40,080 nt of DNA from Albugo candida (taxonomy: Eukaryota), in contig JBDOQK010000079.1 of the NCBI GenBank assembly GCA_040437565.1, positions 62,001 to 102,080 of the forward strand, read 5' to 3'. Shown here one piece after another: positions 13,288 through 25,090 of the stretch. Numbering within the stretch: the first letter of the stretch is position 1; every line of letters begins with the position of its first letter. The translations under genes were made by a program, and so were the position numbers. A model generated the notes under the pieces. It ran no database searches. It was given only the letters and a program-made list of their open reading frames with translations, and was not told where the DNA came from.

Positions 13288-16200
13288 CTCCTTCTTTCTA
13301 GTTGCACTTGAAATTTTGGTGTTGGAAACGCCTTTGTCTGCAAGTCGGCCATCATTTTTGATGTATGCACGTACCTTAGTGCGATAATTTGGTTGACCAT
13401 GTTAGCTCCGACGATTTTAGTCGGACGTCGATATGCTTAGCCTTTACTGAAGTAGCTTCGTTGAGAAACTGACTGATATCCGCCTGGTTATCTATCCACA
13501 AGATCATTGGCTCCTTCAATTTTGATGTTCAACTCTTTTAACAATTCATTTGCTCTAAGTAATTCTTTCGATGCTGCTACGAACTCCGCTTCCATCGTCG
13601 ATAATGCCACTGAGTGCTGCTTTTTGCATGACCAGCTGATCGCCATTCCGTTCAAAATGAATGCTGTACCAGATACGCTCTTTCTCGTTTCCTCATCCAT
13701 CGCATAAACAGTATCTGAAAACGCTTCTAGTGTGACTTCTCTGGGATTGGTGCATACTTCACCACCCGATTAGAGCTTTAAGACCTTTAGTACCCTTGAG
13801 ATGCTTCACCACTCTCAAACCTAACGCCCAGTCAGCTGTTGTTGGTGCACGAGTACGTCTCGTCAGCTTGTGTATAGCGAAACTGATGTCTGGACGAGTG
13901 CAACGCGCAAATTATAAAAAACTTCCCGCCAAAGACTAAGACTTCTTGATCGCTGGGTTATTGATTGAACGCATCTCCAAGCGGTCCGAATTTGTTGTTG
14001 TGCTATCGCTGTAATCTTGCCGGTAGACGTGAGGACCGGATGCGCTCAATGCAGACCCATTTTCGTTTTAATTCACATATGGACGGCTCCTGATCCAAAG
14101 AGTATCCATCTTCTTCGCTGTATTCGCTGTAACGAACTCGCAGTCTCAGGAGCTTGCTGGCGGGACCGAGATTCTTGATTGAAAGACTTGAAAGACAATC
14201 AAACATCGACTCGATTCTCAAAAGACTTGTCCCGGTTATCAGTATATCGTCGACATATAGCCACAAAGCCGTAATTCCATTCGTGACTTGGTCGTAATAT
14301 AAACACAAGTCTGTGAGAATTTGCTCAAACCCTGCATCGCTCAGCTCTTCATGTAAAAGGTGACTCCATAGCCGTTCTGCTTGATTCAACCCAGATAGAC
14401 TCTTTTGTAATCGCAGTACCACTTCATCATGACTTGTAACACCGAGTGCATCCATATTTTGGAAACCGAAATGGCCATTCCTTGAGGCACGTGCAAGTTC
14501 AGGTCCAAGTTCTTTTCTGTTGGTGCCTTCTCATACGCGTTAGGTACGTCCCCATGCCTCGCTGGCATTCCCCAGATTCTCGCTAAAGCTAGTATGATCT
14601 TTGCTGTCTCTAAATCCATGACTGCTGCAAATGTCAGATCGTAGTTGGCTTCTAATACTTGTACGCTCACGCAGGCAACCATTCTAGCCTTGAACCGTTT
14701 CAAATTCCCGTTTGCGTCCGTTTTTTCTCTTGAATACCCACTTGGTATGTAAGGCTTTGATATCTTTGGTTCCGGTACCATCGCCCATGTTTGGGTTTCC
14801 TCCAGTAAGGCTGGTTCTGCTTCTGCAGCCTCCTTCCATTCGACTTCCTTTACTGACTTCTTTGCTTGGTTGTACGTCTTTGGATACGGCCCAATAAGTA
14901 CTGAAACGACCTCTCGAGCTGAAGCTTTGCCTCCTTTTCTTCTGATAACCATCTTGTTTCGTGGATCCTTCTTGTTGAGATTCGTTCATGTTCTTGTAGC
15001 AGTTGTGCTGATTCCCCTTTAACGTTATTAGACTCATTGGCTTTCACGTCAGCATCTGTTAAATCCTGTTGACGTCTCTTGGAATTTTAATTTCCATTTC
15101 TCCTTCCAACGTTGACCCAATATGTGAAATGTGTTGGGTATTAATGGCAGTCTTGATTCGGGTAGACAACACTATACCCTCTGGTTTTATCACATTTTCC
15201 GATGACAATGCTTCGTTCACTTCGCTTTGCGAGAGACTTTTTTCCACTCCAAACTTGAATCGAACAAGGTGGGCCGAATGTTACGACATCAACTAGACTT
15301 CTATCCTTCCCGGTCAGTACTTTCAGAGGGGGTTGTCTTCCTTCATTCGCTCTAGCTGGGCTTCTATTGATGATAGGCGTCGCAAATTCAGCGGCATCTA
15401 CTAAAAAAAGATAGCGCCATGGAGCTCCAAATATCATAGACCGCACTAGTTTCATGACTTTCCTATGGATTCGTCCAGATTTACCAATCGATGCTTGGTT
15501 TTCGGCCTCACTGATTTGCCTTCGTACTCCCCCATCTTTGCAAAAAAGTTCGACATTTCTGTTTTCTGCGCCTCCATCAGTTTGTAGAACATGAATCTTG
15601 TAATCAAATCGCTTCCTGAAGTAAATCAGGAAATCTTCGAACTTTATAGCTGCTTCACTCCTAGTCTGGCTAATAATACCCGACTATACTTCGATATGTA
15701 GTCGATGCGATGAAATCAGCCAAGTATCGATTTCCACGTCGGTCTAGAGGTATGATCGGCCCTTCAGATCACTGCATATGACTCCACCAACTCGTTCCGT
15801 TGGTGCGTTTATACCGATATCTTTTCGAGACTGTTTGTTCATTGTTTGCTTGCTTTCCGCGCAAGTATCGCATTTCAATCGGTGATGGTCATCAATCTCG
15901 GTCCCTGATTCCGGAAGCTTTGTTGTACTCTTAATAGTACCGTAATTTAGAAGACCAAATCGTTGATGAAAGTGTAGAAGACTTCTCATCTTCTTGTTTG
16001 TTCTGTACACGGACTCAATTGAAGCGAGTATACCCATAACACTTGATACGCGTTCTCGACCTTCTGTCTCAATAAGGAGATCGTTCTTGGCCATATTTAC
16101 TTCGAACACGAACGTGCTATCAGAAGTACGTTAAACAAATCTCGATCTGTCAGGTGGATACATCAACTTGCATCCCTCTGCCTTCAACTTTCCATACGAG

Positions 16201-17418
16201 ACAAAGTTCCAAGGGAGGTGTTCCGAATATTGCACATCGTTTAAGAGAACATTCCTCGGTAACCCGTCGACTGTTGCGATAATCTTCGCCGATCCTGTCC
16301 ATCTCATCTTCATTTCTTTCCCATTTGGAAGTATGCCTGATTCGTTGCACCTGTCGATGTATATCCGTTACGAGTTGCCTGCCGATTCCGTCTAGAATCC
16401 ATACTGTCTTCGTTTGTTCCAGCGCAGTACTTTTGCATTTAATCCCTAAAACGATGTCTTCATCGCTGATGGAGCTTTGATGCCGGCAATCCTTTTTCAT
16501 ATGTCCATTTTTCCCGCAATTGTAGCAGTTCATTCGCCTCTTCGGCTTCGATTCCCTTATCCCACCGATCCGGTCGCGAGTCCATTTATTTGGCCTTCTA
16601 GGTGCATCGCTGATATCTGAATCAATAAGCTGGGTAAATTGACACATTTCCTCGGCTTGCCGTCTGGTGTCTTCCCTCATTATGTTGACACGGGCCATCA
16701 GAGCTTGTTTGGAATCAGGTCTTGCGTACTTGATAACGCTTTTCAGAGACATATCATCTGCATTATCGACTGCTTCACTCACTGACTGCCGACATGAATA
16801 GAAAATGCTCGCTCCAAGAACATCCACTCGGTTTTTTGCGGTAAAAAATCGTGTCGCGTGCGTTCTGGTGGTATTGGTCCGAAACACTTCGTTAATCCGG
16901 TCCATCACTTCTTCAACGCTAGATCACTGTGTCACCATTGAGGTACTTGCTGCTCGTAATAAGTGAGCGCTTTGCCACTCAGATGCCGCCCTAGGCAGTC
17001 CAGCTTCACCTCTTCACTCCAAATACCGCCGGATGCTTGTTGGGCATGCGATAGTTTCCTTCCCGTCGAATGGCTGAATTGCGAGCTTCATATCCCTTTC
17101 TGACAAGAATCTGACTTGGTTGAGCCGTCCAGCGCATTCTGTTGCATCGCATAGACAAATCTTCTCTTAATCACGCTTTCACGATGCTGTATCGGTCGCA
17201 TCTAGGGATGACATTTTCAAACCCTGTCCTTGGTTGCTTGGTCCGGCAAATACGCTTTCCGTACGCGCAGGTGGTGGTACGGGCGAGCCGACTCTCCGCT
17301 CGGTTTCGATCTTGTCCATTCGATTTCTGAGTGTCTCCAGCAGCAGCATCATTCGGTCCATCTTCGACTCATCTGATCCGTAGAATTATTCAATGGTCTT
17401 GGATGGTGGAATCTTCAC

Positions 17419-17431
17419 TGGGCTCATAACC
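17419..17431 (-). promoter_or_regulatory. Primer-binding site complementary to the anticodon stem-loop of initiator tRNA-Met (half-tRNA priming)
   Basis: GGTTATGAGCCCA lies directly after the LTR-terminal CA, the same class of PBS as Drosophila copia and yeast Ty5. An identical copy is at 4349-4361. Confidence 0.85.
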
Positions 17432-17541
17432 TGTTGGCAGGTGAGCGAAGACAATTAGAAAATCAGAATCCTAGCCAATCGTTTAGACTAAGTACCAAGT
17501 GCGACTAGAAACCTAAAGCACATTCTTGAGTCCTTCCAACA
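17432..17541 (-). repeat. 5' LTR (110 bp) of the Copia element
   Basis: TGTTGG...CCAACA terminal inverted repeat; about 40 bp shorter than the 3' LTR; abuts the PBS. Confidence 0.93.
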
Positions 17542-17559
17542 GTTAGTACTACATGAAAT

Positions 17560-18950
17560 AATCGATGTGGCCTCACTGCGACCAAGAATTTTATTTTGAT
17601 GCCGCTACTCGCAATCCGAGTACGCATACTTTATGGTACAAGCTTGGCATTGCGAATGAACCAAATCGGCCATTTCGAAAATCGTTTGCGACAGCTTTCG
17701 AGAGGCGAAGTGTTCGAGACTTTTTTCGAGATTACGATCATAACAAGGCCAGCTTTCGTTGACATATATTACATCGAGGAAGAGCTGAATACGTCGGATA
17801 TGGCTGAAGAAAAGTTACTGAGTCGACTTTACGATGAAGTCACTCATATACTACAGCGTATACACACGACGATTGGTCTCGTCACTTGGATCCAACCAAA
17901 TGCAAGTTGACGAACGTTTTATGTGGGAGTGCAAAGCTAAGAGAGGAAATTTTATTTCTCATCTGTTCCACGTCGTTAACTTTTACGAATCGTCTGGAAT
18001 CAACCAAATTCATCCCATGTCAACGCATTGGTCATCACGGGAGACGTCGGACGCAATGAATAAAGAACGAGTTGAACATTTATGGATTTATAATCGTGTC
18101 TTACCAATGTTCTAAAATCTATGGTTTCGTCTGGCCTTTCGGATGTTGGCAGTTCGATCTCGTTTCTATTTTTGAAAGACATTCAGCCCGACATCATACG
18201 GTGCGCGTAGCCTTCGTGTGGGTGGGTAAGTGGAATCCAATCAACTGAATCCAATGAACTCTTTTTTTAAAGTGCGATCACACAACGTATCAAATCATAT
18301 CAGATTTATGGCTTCCAAGCGGTGACACTGAAGTTCTTCTGGACGATCGGAAGCGTCTTTTGCTCGATCAGCGACCAGCAACACTTCAACCACTTTCCGT
18401 TATATACATCACGTTTAATGCGTTCGTTCGGTACTTTCGAAGACAGTGTTACGACCAACACGAATGCATTCGGCTTGCAAAGGTGCTGGGTCAACTCGCA
18501 ACGCAAGGATCATTCNNNNNNNNNNNNNNNNNNNNNNNNNNNNNNNNNNNNNNNNNNNNNNNNNNNNNNNNNNNNNNNNNNNNNNNNNNNNNNNNNNNNN
18601 NNNNNNNNNNNNNNNTTAAAGTGCGATCACACAACGTATCAAATCATATCAGATTTATGGCTTCCAAGCGGTGACACTGAAGTTCTTCTGGACGATCGGA
18701 AGCGTCTTTTGCTCGATCAGCGACCAGCAACACTTCAACCACTTTCCGTTATATACATCACGTTTAATGCGTTCGTTCGGTACTTTCGAAGGTAGTGTTA
18801 CTATCAAGGCCAACGAATTCGGCTTAAAATGGTTTTGGATCAACTCGCAACTTAAGGATCATCTGATCATTGCTGCGGGTACTGCACCGGCAAGTGCCAG
18901 TGCAAGTGCCAGTGCAAGTGCGATCCTAGTCCCAGTTGGATGGCTTTGTT
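17560..18950 (+). pseudogene. Possible highly decayed hAT-like transposase
   Basis: BED-finger-like PHCDQEF...STHTLWYKL, then IGLVTWIQPN..FYVGV, VITGDVGRN and IIRCA, in the order expected for the hAT D-W, TDN and CxxH motifs. Multiple stops. Confidence 0.3.
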
Positions 18951-19666
18951 CAGCCTAGTGTGGCGCACGACAATTTGCAAAACACGGTACTTTTGGACAA
19001 TTTTACAATTTTTACACGCTGGACACAGTCTCGTATTCTGACAGTTTTGACGCTACCGCAATACAGGTGTGTCAACGAGAAGACATAATATCATCTCTCA
19101 CGAAAGGTCTTTATATGTATAATTGTTATTCATGATAACCTAGGCAACTAGAGAAGTCGGTTAGCATAATCCTAATATTTGAGACACCTTCAACTGCTGC
19201 ACTCGTATGGTTCTTGTAGACTAGATTTGCGCTTTTATGGGGATCGCTGCGCTTTCGTTAAACCAAATAAAATATCGCTTTTTGGGCACTCTAAAATTGT
19301 CACATTTCAAGCGAGCTCCATTGTATGCGTATTTTGCATCTAAGAATTGTGAGTGCATGAACAGTTCTTCATTGCTAATTCTATTTTTTACTTAATGTGC
19401 AAATCTTCGAAGAAAACTTCATGACGAAATCAGAAAAAGATCGTTCTTCTCGTAGCTCGTTGCGATGTCTCCCTCAACATAGCGCACGATGTAGTCAATG
19501 ACGTACCTTCACATCGTAAGCAGAATTAGTTTGTGCTGGAATTATCTGTCGTTGTTCAATAAGGCAGATAATTCGAGATCAGTCTGGTGTACGAATTATC
19601 TTTTCGAGATTGACTGATTGGGCCACAGAATTGATTGATACCAGACGAGATAACCCGATGATACAG

Positions 19667-21124
19667 TCGTCGGGCTTAACTCTATCGCTGAACAATACTT
19701 TGAACACAACGCCATTGAGGACAAACTTAAAGTAACATCAACTTTCACACCGTTAATACTACAACATGAGACCTGCAAAAAGGGCTGTGAAAGGCTACCA
19801 ATGGACACGCAAAGTAAATCAAAACGTGATGTTGCCAGGTACTATTCATACCCACAGACAAGCGTCTCCTCAGCATAATTTGTAGAGTATAGGAATATCC
19901 TTTGCGAACATAGCGATATTCTTGGATTGCTTTGCCTAATCACATCGAAGAGAAGATGCTCAAGTCATTTAGATTGGTTGTGGCCTTTTGACAACTATCG
20001 CAGACTCTCAAAATTTGGTGCCCGTCAGGTCAATCAGTCAATTTAAGTTTTCTTGATTCTATCAGAGTGGCTTGATAGATCTGGCGTAAGCTTGCCTATA
20101 TTTTGGAGCAACTTGCCACAAGAGTCGATGAGAAGAAAATCAACGAGTACAGCGTCCAGCTCATAGAGTTGTTACCAGAGTTAGAGTTTCTCTTTGATCG
20201 AATTGATTGTCTTTGCAAGGTCGGCTTTATATTGGATGCGTTGAAAAAGTATTTCAGCGCACCCAACACTACTTTTGAAGTCAATCGGATGGCATTAAGA
20301 AATTTCGTGGACGAATACTTCACACAGCTTCAGTGCGATTTACGACCGCTTTCGGAAAATAGTGTCGAATTCACACGTATCACTGACTACTGGAAACTGG
20401 GTCAGCCTTGTGAGGAGTGGAAAGTGGTGAATGCTTATCGAATTCGGAACAAGATAGAGAGTCGCGCATATTTAAAGCTCAACAATCGTAAGGTATCGAC
20501 AGGATCGTAGCTGTTTCTTTATGATATGAACCTTACTTGTGATTGGTGGCAGCTTCTTTGGCATGCAAGTTCAGGAAATAATTGGGTTCCAATATTTCGT
20601 TACGGACTTTGCATCGAGCGCGCAAACCTGGGCTTATATGGAGTAGGCGTTTATTTCGCGGATATGGTGCGTGATCAATTTTGCGTTCGACAAGTCTGAA
20701 AGTTTACGGTTTTTGCTGTTTTGCTGTTGTGTTGCAGGCATGCAAATCGTTCAATTATAGTCATGATCTAGGATCGGTATCGAATCCGACCAGACTGTTG
20801 CTCTTATGTGAAGTTGCTTTAGGTCGAACAAAACGATTAAAAAAACCGGACCCGACTGCAGCCAACTATGTTAATGAACCACTACGACCTTCAGATAGAT
20901 ACAACAGCTGTTGCTCCAATGGGACATTTGCGAAGAATCTCGATGGAGTGGTGGATGAAAGCGGCGCAATTTGGCCGACAAGACAGTCTCACAATGTTTT
21001 GAATGCAGAGCCTACAGAATACATTATTTACGATAATACGCAGGCTAAAATGCGTTATTTGGTGCAAATTGAGAAGGCATGGGACGAGGGTGTTTATAGC
21101 GGAATTGATGATTCCGAATACTAA
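19667..21124 (+). CDS. Poly(ADP-ribose) polymerase family protein (helical regulatory plus catalytic domain), multi-exon; 5' end uncertain
   Basis: Spliced reading RLSKFGARQ|IWRKLAYILEQL...LNNRK|LLWHASS..NWVPIFRYGL...GVGVYFADM|ACKSFNYS...LLLCEVALG...TEYIIYDNTQAKMRYLVQI. GT-AG introns at 20029-20078, 20493-20552 and 20667-20737, and probably 19839-19892. Stop at 21124. Confidence 0.88.
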
Positions 21125-21207
21125 TCATTTATTAAATTTACTCATGTTATCTTGATTAAATTTTAATTTATACAGCGCCACTGATGTCATGGTCTGCTTC
21201 GTCCTAT

Positions 21208-22703
21208 TCACATCCGATAACTGCTGATCAATAGCGAGTTGATAGGTGGAAGCATGTTCCGTGTGGCTTCTATTGTGCATTGTGTCAACCCAAGTGGAGG
21301 CAGATATGACGAACTATTCCGACTAATGGAGGAGACTGGATCCGTGAGATACTTCAAGCGAGGTAACGTCGCTCGGTGTGAATGAGCGGCGTCTTCTTTT
21401 ACTGAGCTATCATCTTGTTTTGTAGAATCCTTCGAACTGGAAGTTGAGGTTGGATCTGTTGAAACGTCCCGTCCAATTCGCTCTTCTTTGCCACGAGGAT
21501 CATGAAGAAGTAGAATCAATTTCCATTTCAGTTTATCCAGCTGCTTTTTGTAGGTCTGTCGCTGTTCTTCACTCAAATGGGATGCAGCGTGCTCGAGTGA
21601 TTCGATACTTTTGCGCAAACCAGTGATTTGTCGATGTGGCCATCGAGCAATTCCTAATTGTCGACATCGCTTTTTCAGTAATGTGACGCTAATTCCAAAT
21701 TGATCTGCAACGAGCACAATCGGTTGCTCAAAATACGGACGGAGATGTTTGATGGTGAGACTTCCACTCTTGGACCCAGCACTTGATTGCTGTTCCGAAG
21801 GACTTGTCATTTTTATTTGCTCCATAGAGGCCATCAGCCGCATATGTTGTCGGGATAGAAATCGTGCTGTCAATACTGATGATTTCGATGTTTGACGACA
21901 TTTGTAGACGTTTGGATCGCAGTGCAACTGTACCAAGNNNNNNNNNNNNNNNNNNNNNNNNNNNNNNNNNNNNNNNNNNNNNNNNNNNNNNNNNNNNNNN
22001 NNNNNNNNNNNNNNNNNNNNNNNNNNNNNNNNNNNNNATCTTGTTTTGTAGAATCCTTCGAACTGGAAGTTGAGGTTGGATCTGTTGAAACGTCCCGTCC
22101 AATTCGCTCTTCTTTGCCACGAGGATCATGAAGAAGTAGAATCAATTTCCATTTCAGTTTATCCAGCTGCTTTTTGTAGGTCTGTCGCTGTTCTTCACTC
22201 AAATGGGATGCAGCGTGCTCGAGTGATTCGATACTTTTGCGCAAACCAGTGATTTGTCGATGTGGCCATCGAGCAATTCCTAATTGTCGACATCGCTTTT
22301 TCAGTAATGTGACGCTAATTCCAAATTGATCTGCAACGAGCACAATCGGTTGCTCAAAATACGGACGGAGATGTTTGATGGTGAGACTTCCACTCTTGGA
22401 CCCAGCACTTGATTGCTGTTCCGAAGGACTTGTCATTTTTATTTGCTCCATAGAGGCCATCAGCCGCATATGTTGTCGGGATAGAAATCGTGCTGTCAAT
22501 ACTGATGATTTCGATGTTTGACGACATTTGTAGACGTTTGGATCGCAGTGCAACTGTACCAAGCATGACGATTTGGAGGATTCAGGCATTCGGTCCAAGT
22601 ACCGCAGAGGGGACGAATGAGCTTCTGATGAGAGATTTGTTGCGTCTAAATGTAGATTATTCCACCATGTGGGTGCTTGTGGTTGTTTCGTAGTGGATAG
22701 CAT
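21208..22703 (-). CDS. RWP-RK domain transcription factor (one ~289-aa gene, artificially duplicated across a gap)
   Basis: LRPYFEQPIVLVADQFGISVTLLKKRCRQLGIARWPHRQI is the RWP-RK domain. Collapsing the 626-bp offset duplication gives one uninterrupted 870-bp ORF from ATG 22703 to stop 21208. Confidence 0.92.
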
Positions 22704-23538
22704 CTGGCTCTTTGGATGTAACGGAGAAATAGGTTGTGCTTAGGCAGCGCTTATTGTGTATGTATGCGTATGTCCCGAAACTCCCTTTTGCGAGTCGAAA
22801 AAGTTGAGTGCCGAAGAATGTAAATCCGAAAATGAATACATTTTGTAGACCAAATTGTATTAGATTTTGTGAAAGGACCTACTCGCTCTCGAGTAGCCTT
22901 TAAAGAAAGTCGCAATCGAGCTATTTGGACGCAAAATTCTCTAATGTAAAAACACCTTTCATTTCAATTTTACAAGTGAAATATATTGAATCAGAAACTC
23001 GCGGCAGAAAAAGATACGAAGCAGCGGTGGAAACACTAAGGAATACAATAATGTAAAGAGCCAACAGGAGAAAAAACATGTACCAACGAGGTTTTCCTTC
23101 GTGACAAGAGCAACATCTGCATTGATTTTGATAAACCTGATTATGAACTTTTCGAATAATTATAGGTACGCCTGATCTCTCGGATCAGGAGCAGGAGAGA
23201 GCACACTGTTTGTTACCGTCATCTAATTGGCCGATAATCGGTCATCGACGATTGGTCAAAATCAGCGCGTTGGCAATGTCATTTTATACCATCGCTACCT
23301 TCTCACTACCTTCTTGCACAACTGCAAGCGCATTAGTGACGCACGGTTTGCGGCTAGAAAAATGAGTCTGTATTTCCACATGTCGGTCTGCATCTTTAAT
23401 TGACTTGAATGAAGTATGTCCATCATGAGTAATTTTTGCTCAATCTGAACAATTCTCTCGCATAGCTATCATTCTTTTCATCACTCCAAATTCCAAAATT
23501 GTGAGAACCGGAAAGGTAAATCTGTATACTGAGCGAAA

Positions 23539-24549
23539 ATGACGGACGAATTTGAAGTCTTCAGCAATGAAACATTCACTCCATACCAATTTGAAGGATT
23601 TTTCACACAATCGGATGACAGTGCGCTGAGTAACGTAGACCCACTTTATGTCACAGCACCAATCTCCGATATATATCATGATGTGGATGCGAAAGCAGGC
23701 ACGGTACAAACTCCGTCTTGCAATGAAAGTCCCAAAGATATTTTCGATTTTCCTGGTGACGACTGCTTCAATGGGTACGGGCAAATCTATTGCCACAACG
23801 AGCACCATGATCCTATTATAGAGATCGATGACAACACGATCACATATCTAGCGGTGGAATCCATACATTATGAAGAACCAATCAAGTTCGAGCCTGCTTT
23901 GGACTCAATAGATGAAGCAGTCAAAGAGACTTTGCCTCTTTTCGACAACTTCCCAGTATACTTGTTGGAACCAGAGTCAAACGTAACTTCTGAGCACTTG
24001 ATGACGTGGCAAACTCTTCTGTCGAGCGCATCGCAAGAGCCGATAAACTCTTCAACTTTCTTATCTTTGGATTGGGAAGAAAGCCTCGTGACAAGTCCAA
24101 AGCCTGAAGTAAAAATCGTCAAAAAGTCACCAAAACAAATAAATCGAGGTAAAGCGTGCACTGTACCCAACTGCACACGTCGTGCTCAATCCAACGCACG
24201 CTGTAAGGCCCATGGAGGTGGTTCTCGATGCCGATTTCAAGAAGTCGATGGAACAAATTGTACTCGAAGCTCACAAGGTCGCGGTCTTTGCCGAAGCCAT
24301 GGAGGAGGTAAGCGTTGTGAGATTGTAGGATGTCATCGTGGTCAGCAACGCAAAGGACTATGCTACATCCATGGAGGAATACGCCAATGTCAAATCCCAG
24401 CATGCGTGAAGAAAGATCGTGGTAACGGCTTTTGTATCGCGCATGGTGGCGGTAAACGATGCCAATCTCAATTTGGTTGTGTCCGAGCTGTACGAAGGGG
24501 TGACTTTTGCCACTCTCATTCAAATGAACTTCTTGTGGCCAGAAAATAG
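23539..24549 (+). CDS. WRKY19-like C3H zinc-finger repeat protein (CxxxxC...CxxHGG repeats) with acidic N-terminus
   Basis: Intact 336-aa ORF with five repeats (CKAHGGG, CRSHGGG, CYIHGG, CIAHGGG, CHSH). No WRKYGQK motif. Confidence 0.9.
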   Translation: MTDEFEVFSNETFTPYQFEGFFTQSDDSALSNVDPLYVTAPISDIYHDVDAKAGTVQTPSCNESPKDIFDFPGDDCFNGYGQIYCHNEHHDPIIEIDDNTITYLAVESIHYEEPIKFEPALDSIDEAVKETLPLFDNFPVYLLEPESNVTSEHLMTWQTLLSSASQEPINSSTFLSLDWEESLVTSPKPEVKIVKKSPKQINRGKACTVPNCTRRAQSNARCKAHGGGSRCRFQEVDGTNCTRSSQGRGLCRSHGGGKRCEIVGCHRGQQRKGLCYIHGGIRQCQIPACVKKDRGNGFCIAHGGGKRCQSQFGCVRAVRRGDFCHSHSNELLVARK

Positions 24550-25090
24550 CCTGTTTTTTCAACTTTCAAACAATCACTCTGTAGCGTCCATGTCGACTGT
24601 TAAGTTTTTACTTGTCTATGTTCTGGCCACTCATGTGTTTCATGTCCGTTATACTGCGATGAGTGCATGTGTTTTTTTGTAACAAATAGAGAACATGTTC
24701 CCTTTATTGTTCCAATGTCGAATTTTCACCCTGCGCCATCTGTCACAGAGAACCCGTCTGTACCGCTTTATGCGCCTCAATGCTTCCATCTTTCAATTTT
24801 GCATTGTTTTTAGTCAATCATGATTCTCATTCCAGACCAGAATTCCTGGCTTGGGCTTTTCCCCGTCTTGTCGCCAGTACCGTCCTCGTGTGCGTCAGAC
24901 GGAAAGGCCGGCTTGAAGCTCTATACAAAAGTCGTTTCGCTAGCGACGAAGCTCACCGAAGCTCCTGAGTGACCGCTTTAACTGTGTGTCGCAGTGTTAT
25001 AATAACACATCAGCCTGGACAAAATGCCGCCTTTGATCTCCAATCAAAATCATCAATTTAGTTTAATTAACGCTGTAAGATATTTTTCAA

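Larger units (their letters stand above)
13139..17541 (-). mobile_element. Full-length but degenerate Ty1/Copia LTR retrotransposon, 4.4 kb
   Basis: Two TG...CA LTRs and a 5-bp TSD GTTAG (13134-13138, 17542-17546). PBS at 17419-17431; PPT at 13288-13300. Gag zinc knuckle CYNCGKNGHMKKDC, protease WILD, integrase HQRFG..CDTC..ICSDLKG, RT LYVDDILI and RNase H VALSTMEAEFVAAS, all broken by stops and frameshifts. Confidence 0.96.

Noticed and set aside
150-19000. Most short ORF-track entries in the TE region
   Set aside because: They are antisense or off-frame shadows of decayed TE coding sequence, many with non-ATG starts.
18889-19040. GCAAGT/GCCAGT repeat and Cys-rich minus-strand peptides as a possible Albugo CHXC/CCG effector
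   Set aside because: No open frame with ATG and signal peptide; stops occur in all minus frames.
21412-22563. Apparent tandem duplication of the RWP-RK gene
   Set aside because: Apparently identical 526-bp copies directly flank a 100-N gap, and collapsing them gives one clean ORF. This is an unmerged contig overlap.
22879-23189. Small hairpins (CTACTCG..CGAGTAG; CCTGATC..GATCAGG) in the intergenic spacer
   Set aside because: 7-bp stems are expected by chance; no ncRNA family recognised.
23539-24549. True WRKY transcription factor
   Set aside because: No WRKYGQK domain; only the HGG zinc-finger repeats shared with AtWRKY19.
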